The notes beneath the pieces were generated by a model. That model was not told the DNA's origin. It saw only the letters and a program-made list of their open reading frames with translations, and did not search any database. A DNA stretch of 64,000 bases from Kiritimatiellia bacterium (lineage in GTDB: Bacteria; Verrucomicrobiota; Kiritimatiellia; RFP12; UBA1067). Location of the stretch: the NCBI GenBank assembly GCA_035353175.1, contig DAOPZC010000015.1, positions 7,928-71,927 on the forward strand, in the 5' to 3' direction. Each line of letters starts with the position of its first letter. Positions within the stretch are counted from its first letter, which is position 1. A program made the translations under genes and the position numbers. Shown piece after piece: positions 20,193 to 29,722 of the stretch.

Positions 20193-20518
20193 AAAAGTCC
20201 CCTTCTTATTATGGTATGATTATACGGCGTGTGTTTTAGATCGTCTTGTAAATCACGGGGATAAATGTGTATCCGATCCGCATCAGCCGATGATCGGTCC
20301 GGCAGACGGTTGTGACAATATTGTTTCTTGCGCACGTGCTGGGTGGGGTTACATATCTGTCGGATTTCGTGTGAATCGGGGTGCGGCGGCGCCGAATTTT
20401 TGGTATAAATAAAAAATCAGGCGTGTTTTTGGTGGGTGTCGACGTCTTTTCGGCGATTGGCACATCGTCTGCTTTTACGGAAGACACCTGCAATGAAGCG
20501 GGTTAAACAAGGAGTAGT

Positions 20519-21334
20519 ATGAAAACGAGGATGAAGGCGTTGGTGGCGTTGGCGGCGATCGCCGGTTCGGTTTGTGCGCAGGAGTCCGCGGCGCCAGCCG
20601 CACCTGCTGTTGTGAAAGAAGAGGCTCCTGACACGGGATTGTCGTTCGATGCGACGTTGGACCTCTACTCGGCCTATGTGTGGCGCGGGTGCGTGCTCAA
20701 CGATGAGCCTGTGTGGCAGCCCGGCGCGACGGTCTCGTATGCGGCGGGCGACTACGGCACGTTCTCGGCCGGCGCGTGGGCGAACTTCAATGCGACGGAC
20801 CGCAACAGCAAGACGCACTTCGCCGGCATGGACGAGATCGACTACACGCTCGGCTACGCGGTCGATGTCGGTCCGGTGTCGCTGGGCGCGGGGCACATCT
20901 GGTACACCTTCCCGAGCATCAGTTCCGCGGATTACGCCGGCAGCACACGCGAAGTGTATGTCACGGCCGCCTACAACAACGACATCGTGACGCCCTTCGT
21001 CAAGGCCTACTACGACTACGAGTATGCCGAGGGAGTCTACGGCAACGCCGGTCTGACGAAGTCGATCGACGTGACCGATCAGTTCTCCGCGGGCGCCGAG
21101 GTCTCGGTGGGGGCGGGTGATAGCGACTACATGAACGCGTACTTCGGGACGGACGACGATGGGCTGGCCGATTTCAACGCGGCGGTCTTCTGCTCGTATG
21201 CGCTCACGGACAACCTGTCCATCGGCGCGCGGGTGGCTTGGATGTCGCTCATCGACAGCGATGCCCGCGACAACGAGGTCTACTGGGACGAAGATCTGCT
21301 GTGGGGCGGCATCAACCTCGCAGCCTCGTTCTAA
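20519..21334 (+). CDS. Outer-membrane beta-barrel protein, TorF/Gcw_chp-like putative porin
   Basis: It has the signal peptide MKALVALAAIAGSVCAQE and alternating beta-strand pattern. LYSAYVWRG and EIDYTLGY resemble the TIGR02001 family. The C-terminal residue is Phe. Confidence 0.65.
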   Translation: MKTRMKALVALAAIAGSVCAQESAAPAAPAVVKEEAPDTGLSFDATLDLYSAYVWRGCVLNDEPVWQPGATVSYAAGDYGTFSAGAWANFNATDRNSKTHFAGMDEIDYTLGYAVDVGPVSLGAGHIWYTFPSISSADYAGSTREVYVTAAYNNDIVTPFVKAYYDYEYAEGVYGNAGLTKSIDVTDQFSAGAEVSVGAGDSDYMNAYFGTDDDGLADFNAAVFCSYALTDNLSIGARVAWMSLIDSDARDNEVYWDEDLLWGGINLAASF

Positions 21335-21358
21335 GGCTCGTCTGATCAGGGGACACGG

Positions 21359-21392
21359 AACCGCATGTGCCGAGTGCGCATGCGGTTTTTTT
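21359..21392 (+). terminator. Rho-independent terminator of the porin gene
   Basis: The stem is AACCGCATG (21359-21367) paired with CATGCGGTT (21379-21387), followed by a T-run. Confidence 0.7.
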
Positions 21393-21402
21393 GTTGCCGT
21401 AT

Positions 21403-21440
21403 AAAAAAACAAGGCGTGTGCGGGGTCCGCACGCGCCTTG
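21403..21440 (-). terminator. Rho-independent terminator of the minus-strand TIM-barrel gene
   Basis: A 14-bp stem (CAAGGCGTGTGCGG / CCGCACGCGCCTTG, one G-U pair) is followed on the minus strand by TTTTTTTAT. Confidence 0.7.
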
Positions 21441-21469
21441 CCGGGGCCCGAAACCGGGGCCGGTCAACC

Positions 21470-22414
21470 TCAGCGGGTGGCGTCGACCACGCCGCGGAAG
21501 TAGCCGATGGACTCCGCGATGCCGAGCAGCGGGTCGCTCATGTCCTTCTCGTACTCGAGGCTGCACGCGCCGGTGTAGCCGACTTTGCGCAGGGCGCGGA
21601 CCACCGCCGGGAAGTCGATCGCCCCGCGCGGGATCTCGATGCCGTGGCCCTTCTTGGTGGGCTCGGTCACGTTCTTGATGTGGATGTCGTGGATGCGGTC
21701 GGCGTAGTCGGTGATCGCCTTGACCGGGTCTTTGCCGTCGCGGAACTGGTGTCCGATGTCGAGGCAGAGGCCGACGCGCTTGTCCATATCCTTGATCAGT
21801 TCGATGCCGCTCTCCGCGTTGGGGAAGAGCTCCGGCATGTCGGGGCCGTGGTTGTGGATGGCGTACTTGATGTCGTACTCCTTGACCTTGGCGTCGATCA
21901 GCTTCAGCAGCTCCGGCGACGAGCAGCGCTTCTTCTCCACCATCTTGAACGGCACGCCGACGAGGACCTTCACGCCCACGCGCTTGGCGTAGGCGAAGGC
22001 GGCGTTGACCTCCTCCTCGCTGCCCATGTAGATGGGGCCGACGCCGTAGCCCGTGACGCCGAAACTCTTGCACTTTTCGTGGAAGGCGGCGATCTCTTCG
22101 TCCGTGCTCTTGAGCGGCAGGTGGAAGTCCTTGATGCAGAGGTAGTGGACATCGATCCGCTTAAGCATCTCGAGCGTCTGGTCCGGGAGTTCCTTGAGCG
22201 TGGCCTGGGGATTCTTCTTCTGAGCGTCGGCCAGTGCGGCTTCCTTGTCCAGCTTGAACTTGTGGAACGTGTAGCCCGCGATGGCGATCTTGAAAGGGGC
22301 GGCGGCGGGCGCAGCATCTTGGGCGTGTGCGGCGGCGGTGATCAGCGCCGGGGTGCCGGCCGCGGCGGCCAACCCGAGACCTGCCTGCTTGAAAAAGGAA
22401 CGACGTGTGGTCAT
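21470..22414 (-). CDS. TAT-exported xylose-isomerase-like TIM-barrel protein (sugar phosphate isomerase/epimerase family)
   Basis: The likely start is ATG 22414 (MTTRRSFFKQAGLGLAAAAG, a twin-arginine signal) with AGGAG upstream. The body resembles AP-endonuclease-2/xylose-isomerase-like barrels (HNHGPD, CLDIGH, HIKNV). Confidence 0.75.
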   Translation of the reverse strand: MTTRRSFFKQAGLGLAAAAGTPALITAAAHAQDAAPAAAPFKIAIAGYTFHKFKLDKEAALADAQKKNPQATLKELPDQTLEMLKRIDVHYLCIKDFHLPLKSTDEEIAAFHEKCKSFGVTGYGVGPIYMGSEEEVNAAFAYAKRVGVKVLVGVPFKMVEKKRCSSPELLKLIDAKVKEYDIKYAIHNHGPDMPELFPNAESGIELIKDMDKRVGLCLDIGHQFRDGKDPVKAITDYADRIHDIHIKNVTEPTKKGHGIEIPRGAIDFPAVVRALRKVGYTGACSLEYEKDMSDPLLGIAESIGYFRGVVDATR

Positions 22415-22484
22415 ATATGGATCTCCTGATTTTGAATCTGTCCGTTTGTAAACAGGGCCTGCGGCAAAGTCAAGCGGAAAGCCC

Positions 22485-23081
22485 TCATTTGCTGTTGAGG
22501 GCTTTCCGCAACAGGGACTCGGTGTCTTTGATGGCAGGGTCGGCGTCGAGCGCGGACTGCACCATCTTGCGCGCCTGGTCCTGCGGGAAACCGAGCGAGC
22601 CGAGCGCGAGGATCGCATCGCGCAACATGGCGCTCTGCGGTTCCCCGCCGCCCGCCGTGCGGCCCGCGAGCGCCTCCAGCGGGTCGACCTTGTCGCGCAG
22701 TTCGATCACGATGCGTTCGGCGGTCTTCTTGCCGATGCCGTGGACGGCGCTGATGCGCTTGATGTTGTTCTCGGCGATGGCGAGTGAAAGTTCGGCGACG
22801 GTGAGGCCGCTGAGCACGCTGAGCGCCGTTTTGGGCCCGACCCCGTTCACGCCGATCAGCCGTTCAAACATGGTCTTCTCTTCGGCCTGAATGAAGCCGA
22901 ACAGGATTTGCGCGTCCTCGCGGATGTGGTGGTAGGTGAGCAGCCGGCACGCCGATCCGGTCGCGGGCAGGCGGTCATAGGTGCTCAAGGAGATGAGCGC
23001 CTCATAGCCGACCCCCTGCACGTCGAGCGTGGCGAGGGACGGCGTCTTGTCGACCAGCAGGCCGTGGAGGAAGGCGATCAT
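22485..23081 (-). CDS. ruvA: Holliday junction branch-migration protein RuvA
   Basis: MIAFLHGLLVDKTP..LDVQGVGYE is an OB-fold N-terminus. Tandem HhH motifs are present (LIGVNGVGPKTAL, HGIGKKTAERI). Confidence 0.9.
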   Translation of the reverse strand: MIAFLHGLLVDKTPSLATLDVQGVGYEALISLSTYDRLPATGSACRLLTYHHIREDAQILFGFIQAEEKTMFERLIGVNGVGPKTALSVLSGLTVAELSLAIAENNIKRISAVHGIGKKTAERIVIELRDKVDPLEALAGRTAGGGEPQSAMLRDAILALGSLGFPQDQARKMVQSALDADPAIKDTESLLRKALNSK

Positions 23082-23084
23082 TGC

Positions 23085-24371
23085 TCAGAGGGCCGCATCT
23101 TGCTCCAGGCGCGGCGCGTTTTTGAGCACGTACGCCTCAGCCTCGGAGCACCAGAGGTTGTTGTTGCTGCCACAGATCTCCGCGAGGGCGGCGAAGTAAG
23201 GGTCTTTCTCGCCGAGCTTCGGAAAGTCCGAGATCGCGGTCATGGGCATAGAGACGTGGGTGTAGACCAGCTTTTTGCCGCCGGGGATCTTGGGCAGTGC
23301 TTTGGTGGTCTCGGCCACGGAGTCGATGCCGCCGACGTGGGTGATCATGACGGAAGGGGTGATGAGCCCCTGCGCCGCGTAGTTCATGGAGTCCTGCAGG
23401 TCTTTGGTGTTTCCGCCCGAGGAACCGACCACGTGGTGGCCCATGTAGTGGACATCGTAGAAGTTGATTGCCGCCTTGAAGTCGTCGTGCGCGGGGCCGG
23501 CAAAGAAATTCAGGCACCCCAGATAGCCGAGCAGCGCGGAGGCCTGCTCGATCAGCGCGGGCACCGGCGCGAAGACGAAGACGTCGTCGTACCCCGCACC
23601 GTGGTTGACCGCTTTGATGGCGGCGATGGGCGTGGCCGTTTTGCCGGTGTTCAGGTAGATCAGTTCGACGCCGCACGCCTTGGCGTGGGCGACCGGGAAG
23701 ATCTGCTCCGCGCGGTCCAGTCGGGCCTGGTCGATATCCGTGATGACGAGCCGCCCGGGACGGTGCTCCGGCCCGTGCAGGGCGACGTCGATGGCGCTGA
23801 GGCCCATGGGGCCCGCACCCGCGAGGATGACCATCGAGCCACCGTGCTTGATGCCCATCTGGTGGACGTATTCGCCCGCCTTGAAGTGATAGCTGCAGCG
23901 GTATCCGCCCACGATGCAGGAAACCGGCTCGGCGATGGACGACTTGTAATACGCGTCGCCGTCATAGGTGAGCAGGCAGTCGAGCTCCAGCACCTCTTTG
24001 GGAATCACGATGCGGGTCGCGTCGCCGCCGATCCAGCGGAAAGAGTAGCCGGGTGCCCAGTGCTCGTGGCCGGGGATGTTGAGCTGGGGCTGCACGCCGT
24101 ATTTCTGGCCCACGCGGAACTTGTGCTGCCAGTTCTTGCCGACCTTGAGCAGCTTGCCGCAGAACTCGTGGCCGAGGATGATGGGGTTTGTGGCGATGTC
24201 CTTCGGGACGCGCTTGTGGTTGGCGCCCTGGATCGTGGCCTTGTAATCCGACATGCAGATGCTGTTGGTCACGATGTCGGCCAGAATCTCGTCGTCGGTT
24301 ATTTCGGGGAGGTCGAAACGTTCCAGACGCAGGTCGTTTTCGCCGTAAAGACGCAATGCTAAAGTTTTCAT
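23085..24371 (-). CDS. Zinc-dependent medium-chain dehydrogenase/reductase (sorbose-1-phosphate-reductase-like)
   Basis: Zinc ligands are CMSD and GHEFCG. The Rossmann motif is LAGAGPMGL. The substrate is unknown. Confidence 0.7.
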   Translation of the reverse strand: MKTLALRLYGENDLRLERFDLPEITDDEILADIVTNSICMSDYKATIQGANHKRVPKDIATNPIILGHEFCGKLLKVGKNWQHKFRVGQKYGVQPQLNIPGHEHWAPGYSFRWIGGDATRIVIPKEVLELDCLLTYDGDAYYKSSIAEPVSCIVGGYRCSYHFKAGEYVHQMGIKHGGSMVILAGAGPMGLSAIDVALHGPEHRPGRLVITDIDQARLDRAEQIFPVAHAKACGVELIYLNTGKTATPIAAIKAVNHGAGYDDVFVFAPVPALIEQASALLGYLGCLNFFAGPAHDDFKAAINFYDVHYMGHHVVGSSGGNTKDLQDSMNYAAQGLITPSVMITHVGGIDSVAETTKALPKIPGGKKLVYTHVSMPMTAISDFPKLGEKDPYFAALAEICGSNNNLWCSEAEAYVLKNAPRLEQDAAL

Positions 24372-24562
24372 GGAAGGGAAGTCTCGCTTTTCGGGTTCTT
24401 AAAAATTTAAACAATACCGTTTTGGGGACGGATCCGACAAGATGAAAAACAGGTGCCGGGGGCGATTCGCGCTATTCTTCGCTTTTCTAGTTGCGCTTTG
24501 GCCTGTGAAAATCGAAAATCGGTATCACCTAGCGAGCCTGTGTTCGCGCAAGAGGAGCTTTT

Positions 24563-25672
24563 ATGGAATTGTCTTTGCTGATGAAAGCGTTCGATGTGTC
24601 CGGGCGGCTGGTGACGATCAATCCCACGGGTAACGGCAATGTCAACGACACGTTTCTCGCGATTTTCCGCAACACGTTCGCCGAGGAGCAGGTGATCTTG
24701 CAGCGGGTGAACCGGAACGTTTTCCCGAAGCCCGACGCGATCATGCATAACCTTTGCCAACTCACGGCGCATGTCCATCCGAAACTGGAGTCTGAATCTG
24801 ACCGGGCGGACCGCGTGTGGCAGATGCCGCAGATCGTGAAGACGAAAGACGGCAAGGACTTCTTCGTGGACGACGACGGCGACACGTGGCGCGTCATCAC
24901 CAAAATCGCCTCGGCCACCGCGTTCGATGAGACCCAGGGCGCGGAGCACGCGGCGGAATGCGGCGCGGTGCTGGGCCACTTCCATTGGCTGGTCTCTGAC
25001 CTTGATACCCGGATGATGTTCGATCCTCTGCCGGGCTTCCACATTACGCCGGGCTATCTGGCCAAGTACGACGCCACGCTCAAGAGTGAGCCGCTCGCCA
25101 GCGAGCGCCTGAACGCCTCGATGGAGGCGCGCCGCATGGCGATGTTCATCGAGGAGCGCCGGGGCTTCGCCGCCACGCTCCAGAAGGCTCTCGACGCCGG
25201 CGAACTCACTCTCCGCATGATGCACGGCGACCCCAAGGTCAACAACATCATGATCGATGACTACACCGGCAAGGGCACCGCGATGATCGACCTCGACACC
25301 GTGAGCCCGGGGCTGATCCACTATGACTTCGGCGATGCTCTGCGCTCGATCTGCAACCACGCGGGCGAAGAAGAGCAAAACCTCAGCAAGGTCGTCTTCG
25401 ACCTCGACTTGTGTTCGGCCTTTTGCAAGGGCTACATGGCGCACGCGCGGGCGTTCTTGACCGACGCCGACCGCAAATACCTGTACGACGCGATCCGCCT
25501 GATCACGTTCGAGCTCGGGCTGCGCTTCTTTCAGGACTATCTGGCGGGCAGCGTCTATTTCAAGATCCGCCAGCCCGAGCAGAACCTCAACCGGGCCCGC
25601 GTGCAGTTCCGGCTGTGCGAATCGATCGAGGCGCGTGAACGCCCGATCCGCGACCTGCTGGCGGGGTTGTGA
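24563..25672 (+). CDS. APH-fold sugar kinase, N-acetylhexosamine 1-kinase (NahK)-like
   Basis: By eye it aligns to Bifidobacterium NahK: GNGNVNDTFL, LQRVNRNVFP, WRVITKI, GFHITPGYL and the catalytic HGDPKVNNIM. Confidence 0.65.
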   Translation: MELSLLMKAFDVSGRLVTINPTGNGNVNDTFLAIFRNTFAEEQVILQRVNRNVFPKPDAIMHNLCQLTAHVHPKLESESDRADRVWQMPQIVKTKDGKDFFVDDDGDTWRVITKIASATAFDETQGAEHAAECGAVLGHFHWLVSDLDTRMMFDPLPGFHITPGYLAKYDATLKSEPLASERLNASMEARRMAMFIEERRGFAATLQKALDAGELTLRMMHGDPKVNNIMIDDYTGKGTAMIDLDTVSPGLIHYDFGDALRSICNHAGEEEQNLSKVVFDLDLCSAFCKGYMAHARAFLTDADRKYLYDAIRLITFELGLRFFQDYLAGSVYFKIRQPEQNLNRARVQFRLCESIEARERPIRDLLAGL

Positions 25673-25723
25673 GAAAGGGCGGCCGGCGGTTGACCGCCGC
25701 CGGGCAAAGGGTGCCCCAAAAAA

Positions 25724-25774
25724 AGAGCCTCGTCCCTTGTGGTGCGCCCGGCGCACGGGGACGGGGCTCTTTTT
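25724..25774. terminator. Bidirectional intrinsic terminator between convergent kinase and purE genes
   Basis: A 13-bp outer stem (AGAGCCTCGTCCC / GGGACGGGGCTCT) and an inner 6-bp stem (GTGCGC/GCGCAC) are flanked by an upstream A-run and a downstream T-run. Confidence 0.65.
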
Positions 25775-25786
25775 GTGTCTCAACAC

Positions 25787-26287
25787 CTACAGCGCCGCGT
25801 TGACTTTGGCGTTGCCTTCCACGACCTTTTTCTTCAGCTCTTCCTTGTAGGCGTGGAATTTCTTGCGGAGTTCCTCGTCGGCCGTTCCGAGAATCTGAAC
25901 GGCAAGCAGGGCCGCGTTGGCCGGTCCCGCACTGCCGAGTGTGACGGTGGCCACGGGGATGCCGGCGGGCATCTGGAGCGTGGCGTAGAGCGCGTCGAGA
26001 CCGTTCAGCGCGCCGCCCGCCACGGGGATGCCGATGACCGGCAGGACCGTGTGGGCCGCCAGCACGCCGCCGAGATGGGCCGCGCCGCCCGCCGCCGCGA
26101 TGATCACTTTCAGGCCGCCGCTCTCCGCATTTCTTGCATAGTCAAACGCGAGATCCGGCGTGCGGTGCGCGGAGATGACGCGCACTTCGAACGCGACGCC
26201 AAACGATTTCAGCGTGTCGGCGGCCTTCTGAACGAGCGGCCAGTCCGAGTCGCTTCCCATCACGATACCGACGAGCGGTTTTGACAT
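25787..26287 (-). CDS. purE: N5-carboxyaminoimidazole ribonucleotide mutase
   Basis: VGIVMGSDSDWP, SAHRTP and GGAAHLGGV are classic PurE motifs. Confidence 0.92.
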   Translation of the reverse strand: MSKPLVGIVMGSDSDWPLVQKAADTLKSFGVAFEVRVISAHRTPDLAFDYARNAESGGLKVIIAAAGGAAHLGGVLAAHTVLPVIGIPVAGGALNGLDALYATLQMPAGIPVATVTLGSAGPANAALLAVQILGTADEELRKKFHAYKEELKKKVVEGNAKVNAAL

Positions 26288-26301
26288 TTTCTTCTCCTTG
26301 C

Positions 26302-27582
26302 TTATGACACTTCCCTGCTAAAAGCGCGGTGGGCGATATCCGTGCGGTATTGCGCGCCGTCGAAACGGATGTGCCGGACCGCCTCGTAGGCTTGGCCCAC
26401 AGCGGTTTTGAGATCCTTGCCCAGGGCGGTCACGGCGAGCACGCGGCCGCCGGAGGTCACGGCCGCGCCGTCCTTGAGGGCTGTGCCCGCGTGAAAGACG
26501 ATGCTGTCGGAAACTGTCGCGGCGTCTTCAAGGCCGGTGATGGGCGTGCCCTTCTTGTAGGCCCCGGGATAGCCGCCCGCGGCCATGATCACGGTGGCCG
26601 CGACTTCGGGGCGGACCTGAATCAGCGCGTCGTTCAGCGTGCCGTCGATGCAGGCCTGCAGGGCCGGAATCAGGTCGCCGCCGATGCGCGGCAACACGGC
26701 TTCGGTTTCGGGGTCGCCGAAGCGGGCGTTGAACTCCAGCACCTTGATGCCCTGCGGGCCGATCATCAGGCCCGCATAGAGCACGCCCTTATAGATGATG
26801 CCGCGGCGTTTGAGTTCGCGCACGACGGGCAGGATCACGGTGTTCATGATCTCCGGCAGCAACTCAGGCGTCACAACGGGGGCGGGCGAATAGGCGCCCA
26901 TGCCGCCGGTGTTTGGCCCCTGATCGCCGTCGAAGATGCGCTTGTGGTCCTGCGAGGACGGCAGGATCACGGCGTGCTCGCCATCCACCAGCGCGAGGAT
27001 CGAGGCCTCTTCGCCTTCAAGGAACTCTTCGATCAGCACCTGCGCGCCGGCTTTTCCGAAGACCGCGTCCACCAGCATCGAGCGGACTGCGGCGACCGCC
27101 TCGTCGCGCGTCTGGGCGATGATCACGCCCTTGCCGGCGGCGAGTCCGTCGGCCTTGATCACCACCGGCAGGGAGAAGCGGCCCAGCGCGGTCACCGCGG
27201 CGGCGGCGTCGTCGAACGACTGCGAGCGCGCGGTCGGCACGCCGGCGGCGTTCATGACCTCTTTGGAAAAGAGCTTGCTTCCCTCCATGCGGGCGGCGGA
27301 TTGACAAGGGCCGAAGACGCGCAGCCCCGCGGCGTTGAAGGTGTCCGTGATGCCGAGGCAGAGGGGGCCTTCGGGGCCCACGACGGTCAGGTCGGGACGA
27401 TGTTCTTTGGCCCATGCGAGAAGCGCGGGGAGGTCTTCGGCGGAGATGGGCAGGTTTTGGGCAAGGGCCGCCGTGCCGGCGTTCCCGGGCGCGCAAAACA
27501 GGGTGGGACGGCTGGAGTCCTGAGCGAGTCTCCAGACGATGGCATGCTCTCTGCCACCGCCGCCAACGACAAGAATTTTCAT
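26302..27582 (-). CDS. purD: Phosphoribosylamine-glycine ligase
   Basis: It has MKILVVGGGGREHA and ATP-grasp body motifs over its full length (426 aa). Confidence 0.92.
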   Translation of the reverse strand: MKILVVGGGGREHAIVWRLAQDSSRPTLFCAPGNAGTAALAQNLPISAEDLPALLAWAKEHRPDLTVVGPEGPLCLGITDTFNAAGLRVFGPCQSAARMEGSKLFSKEVMNAAGVPTARSQSFDDAAAAVTALGRFSLPVVIKADGLAAGKGVIIAQTRDEAVAAVRSMLVDAVFGKAGAQVLIEEFLEGEEASILALVDGEHAVILPSSQDHKRIFDGDQGPNTGGMGAYSPAPVVTPELLPEIMNTVILPVVRELKRRGIIYKGVLYAGLMIGPQGIKVLEFNARFGDPETEAVLPRIGGDLIPALQACIDGTLNDALIQVRPEVAATVIMAAGGYPGAYKKGTPITGLEDAATVSDSIVFHAGTALKDGAAVTSGGRVLAVTALGKDLKTAVGQAYEAVRHIRFDGAQYRTDIAHRAFSREVS

Positions 27583-27670
27583 GGGGCGATAATATAAAGA
27601 GGGACCGGGACCTTTACAAGACGGATGTCATGGGCCCTTCCTTTTTTTTATTTCTCTTTTTGCTTTGTCC

Positions 27671-27700
27671 TTGCATGACGGTGGCTGACGGATGTACAAT
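27671..27700 (+). promoter_or_regulatory. Sigma-70-like promoter candidate for the 27.8-35.2 kb operon
   Basis: TTGCAT (27671-27676), an 18-nt spacer, then TACAAT (27695-27700). It lies in an AT-richer 190-nt spacer divergent from purD. This is a motif match only. Confidence 0.35.
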
Positions 27701-27771
27701 CCGGCCACTGATTGGGAAAGATTTCTCTTTTCAAAGAGATGTTCAAAGGTTCTTATACGGAGACAAGCGCT

Positions 27772-29700
27772 ATGATGTCTACCAAAAAGCGGTTGGGCAA
27801 AACCGCCAAGGCGGGAGCGTTATGCGTACTCGCGTTGGCGCTGCAGGGTGACGTGTACGCGGCGGATTCGAGCGTTCCCCTTGAGTGGAATGTGGCTCCC
27901 ATGACCAACGGAGCGTATCTCGAATCGTTCGACGCCCTCTTGCCCGGTTGGGCCGGCGCTGTCGGTTTCAGTGCGGTGACCAACGTGTTCCCCTCGATGG
28001 CCGGATCTGCGCTTCCGGTTCGTTCGAACGCGTGGTTCGGTGCGAACGTCAAGGTTCTGCAGCTGGAGACCGGCGGGGAAGTGGTCTCCAACGCGCTGGC
28101 GCATTCGGATGCCTCCGCTGTGACGTTTGGGAGCCAGCCCGTCTATGTGGATCTGCGCATGAAGTTCGACCCGTTGGTCAATCCGCCGGATCAAGAGCTG
28201 CTGGCCAATTCCAAGATGGCGCTGTTCCTGACGTCCGAGGCCCGGCTGGTCGCGGTGCATGCGGACGGGGCGTCGACGAACGCCGCGCCGCTGGACACCA
28301 ACAAATGGTATCAGGTCACCGTGCGGTTGGAAGACGGCACGTTCGACGTGCTGCTCAACGATGCCGAGATCTTCGGCAACTTGACCCTCAAGGCCGTCGG
28401 CGCCGCCAACACGCTGGTGTCTGCCAATTTCTATGGCACAGGGCTGGTCGATGACCTTTATGTCAGCCACGGTAATCCCGCCTATCGGGTGCCGGGGCCG
28501 ACTGCGCCGATTCCCGATTTGCCGTCCGACGGGGCGAACCCGCCGACCGACGAGCAGCAGACCATGATCAACGCGTGGCTGAACGGGTACCCCGCGGTCA
28601 CGAAACTCAGCCTGACCCAAGACGAGCTCAGCACGGCGTACCTGTTGGGCGATTTGAACGTCGAGGACGGAACCAACGGCGTGGCCGGCGCCTACTCGTT
28701 CGGCATTTCGAAGATCGAAATGGTTTCGCCGACCAACCTGAATCTGACGGCCGCTTTGAAAGTCAACAACGCGGACAAATCCGGTTCGATCAACGGCCGA
28801 ATTCAGATCTACGGAAAAACCGAGATTGACGGTGTCTGGACGCTTTTGGAGGGCGCGATCACGCCGCTGTTCGCGAATTTCGTGAACGGCGAGGCGACGT
28901 ACAACTATCAGATCCCGAATCCCCCGGCCGGCACGATCATCTATGAGGAGGATTTCGACGGCATCGAGACCAGCAACACGGGTGACTCGCTGAATGCGGT
29001 CGGTTGGACGCTGAGTGAGCAGTTCACGAAAAGCAGCGCGCGCTATGCCATTAGCAACGGAAAGCTTTTTATCGACAACCTTGATCTCGCTAACCACACC
29101 TCGACCGATTCCTATGCCGTCGTCAAGTCAAGCGATTTCATGAAGACGTATTGCACGAACGATTACACCTATCAGTACGATGTCACCTATCGGGGTGCAT
29201 CGGGAACGAGCCCATCGGATTCCGGCTCGAGGTATGTGTCTCTGCTTTGCAACTACACCGGCACGAACGTCTACAACACGGCTGATCTCCGCTACGCCGG
29301 TAACGGTTACAATCAGGCGCGTTTCGGTGGCAGTTGGCCTCATTATGACGAAAGCGGCGCGCTCAATGCGACAGGTGCAAATTCCATGTTGTACAAACTG
29401 TTCGGCGAGCCTTTCGTGTCCTCAAGTGTAACGACGAACGCCCTGAAAAACAGGACCTGTACCATCCGCGTGGAAATGTCCATGCAGAACGGTCCAACCG
29501 TCTATGTCAATGGCCTGAAGGTTTCGGAGATGACGATCAATCAGGCGAACTGGACGGCTACGAAAGCTAACGGTAACTATGCGATCTGTTTCAAGCCGTC
29601 GCGCGACATTAAGGCCGAAATCGACAACATCAAGGTCTGGACCGGTTGCGGCGTGGAGCCCGGCGGGTATCGCTTCTTCAAGCCTGTGATCGTCCCCTAA
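27772..29700 (+). CDS. Secreted 642-aa protein A: two concanavalin/LamG-like jelly-roll modules flanking a Pro-rich linker and an Ig-like middle domain (function unknown)
   Basis: The likely start is ATG 27772 (MMSTKKRLGKTAKAGALCVLALALQGDVYA, a signal peptide) with GGAG 9 nt upstream. A LamG-like end-strand is seen twice (GTGLVDDLYVS and EIDNIKVWTG). The linker is RVPGPTAPIPDLPSDGANPPTDE. No catalytic motif was recognised. Confidence 0.6.
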   Translation: MMSTKKRLGKTAKAGALCVLALALQGDVYAADSSVPLEWNVAPMTNGAYLESFDALLPGWAGAVGFSAVTNVFPSMAGSALPVRSNAWFGANVKVLQLETGGEVVSNALAHSDASAVTFGSQPVYVDLRMKFDPLVNPPDQELLANSKMALFLTSEARLVAVHADGASTNAAPLDTNKWYQVTVRLEDGTFDVLLNDAEIFGNLTLKAVGAANTLVSANFYGTGLVDDLYVSHGNPAYRVPGPTAPIPDLPSDGANPPTDEQQTMINAWLNGYPAVTKLSLTQDELSTAYLLGDLNVEDGTNGVAGAYSFGISKIEMVSPTNLNLTAALKVNNADKSGSINGRIQIYGKTEIDGVWTLLEGAITPLFANFVNGEATYNYQIPNPPAGTIIYEEDFDGIETSNTGDSLNAVGWTLSEQFTKSSARYAISNGKLFIDNLDLANHTSTDSYAVVKSSDFMKTYCTNDYTYQYDVTYRGASGTSPSDSGSRYVSLLCNYTGTNVYNTADLRYAGNGYNQARFGGSWPHYDESGALNATGANSMLYKLFGEPFVSSSVTTNALKNRTCTIRVEMSMQNGPTVYVNGLKVSEMTINQANWTATKANGNYAICFKPSRDIKAEIDNIKVWTGCGVEPGGYRFFKPVIVP

Positions 29701-29722
29701 GGCCTTCTAAGGAGATATGGAA

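Noticed and set aside
20287-20297. The 11-bp palindrome CCGATGATCGG in the divergent oxidoreductase/porin promoter region
   Set aside because: It is too short and unsupported to call an operator. Such palindromes are expected by chance in a 330-bp spacer.
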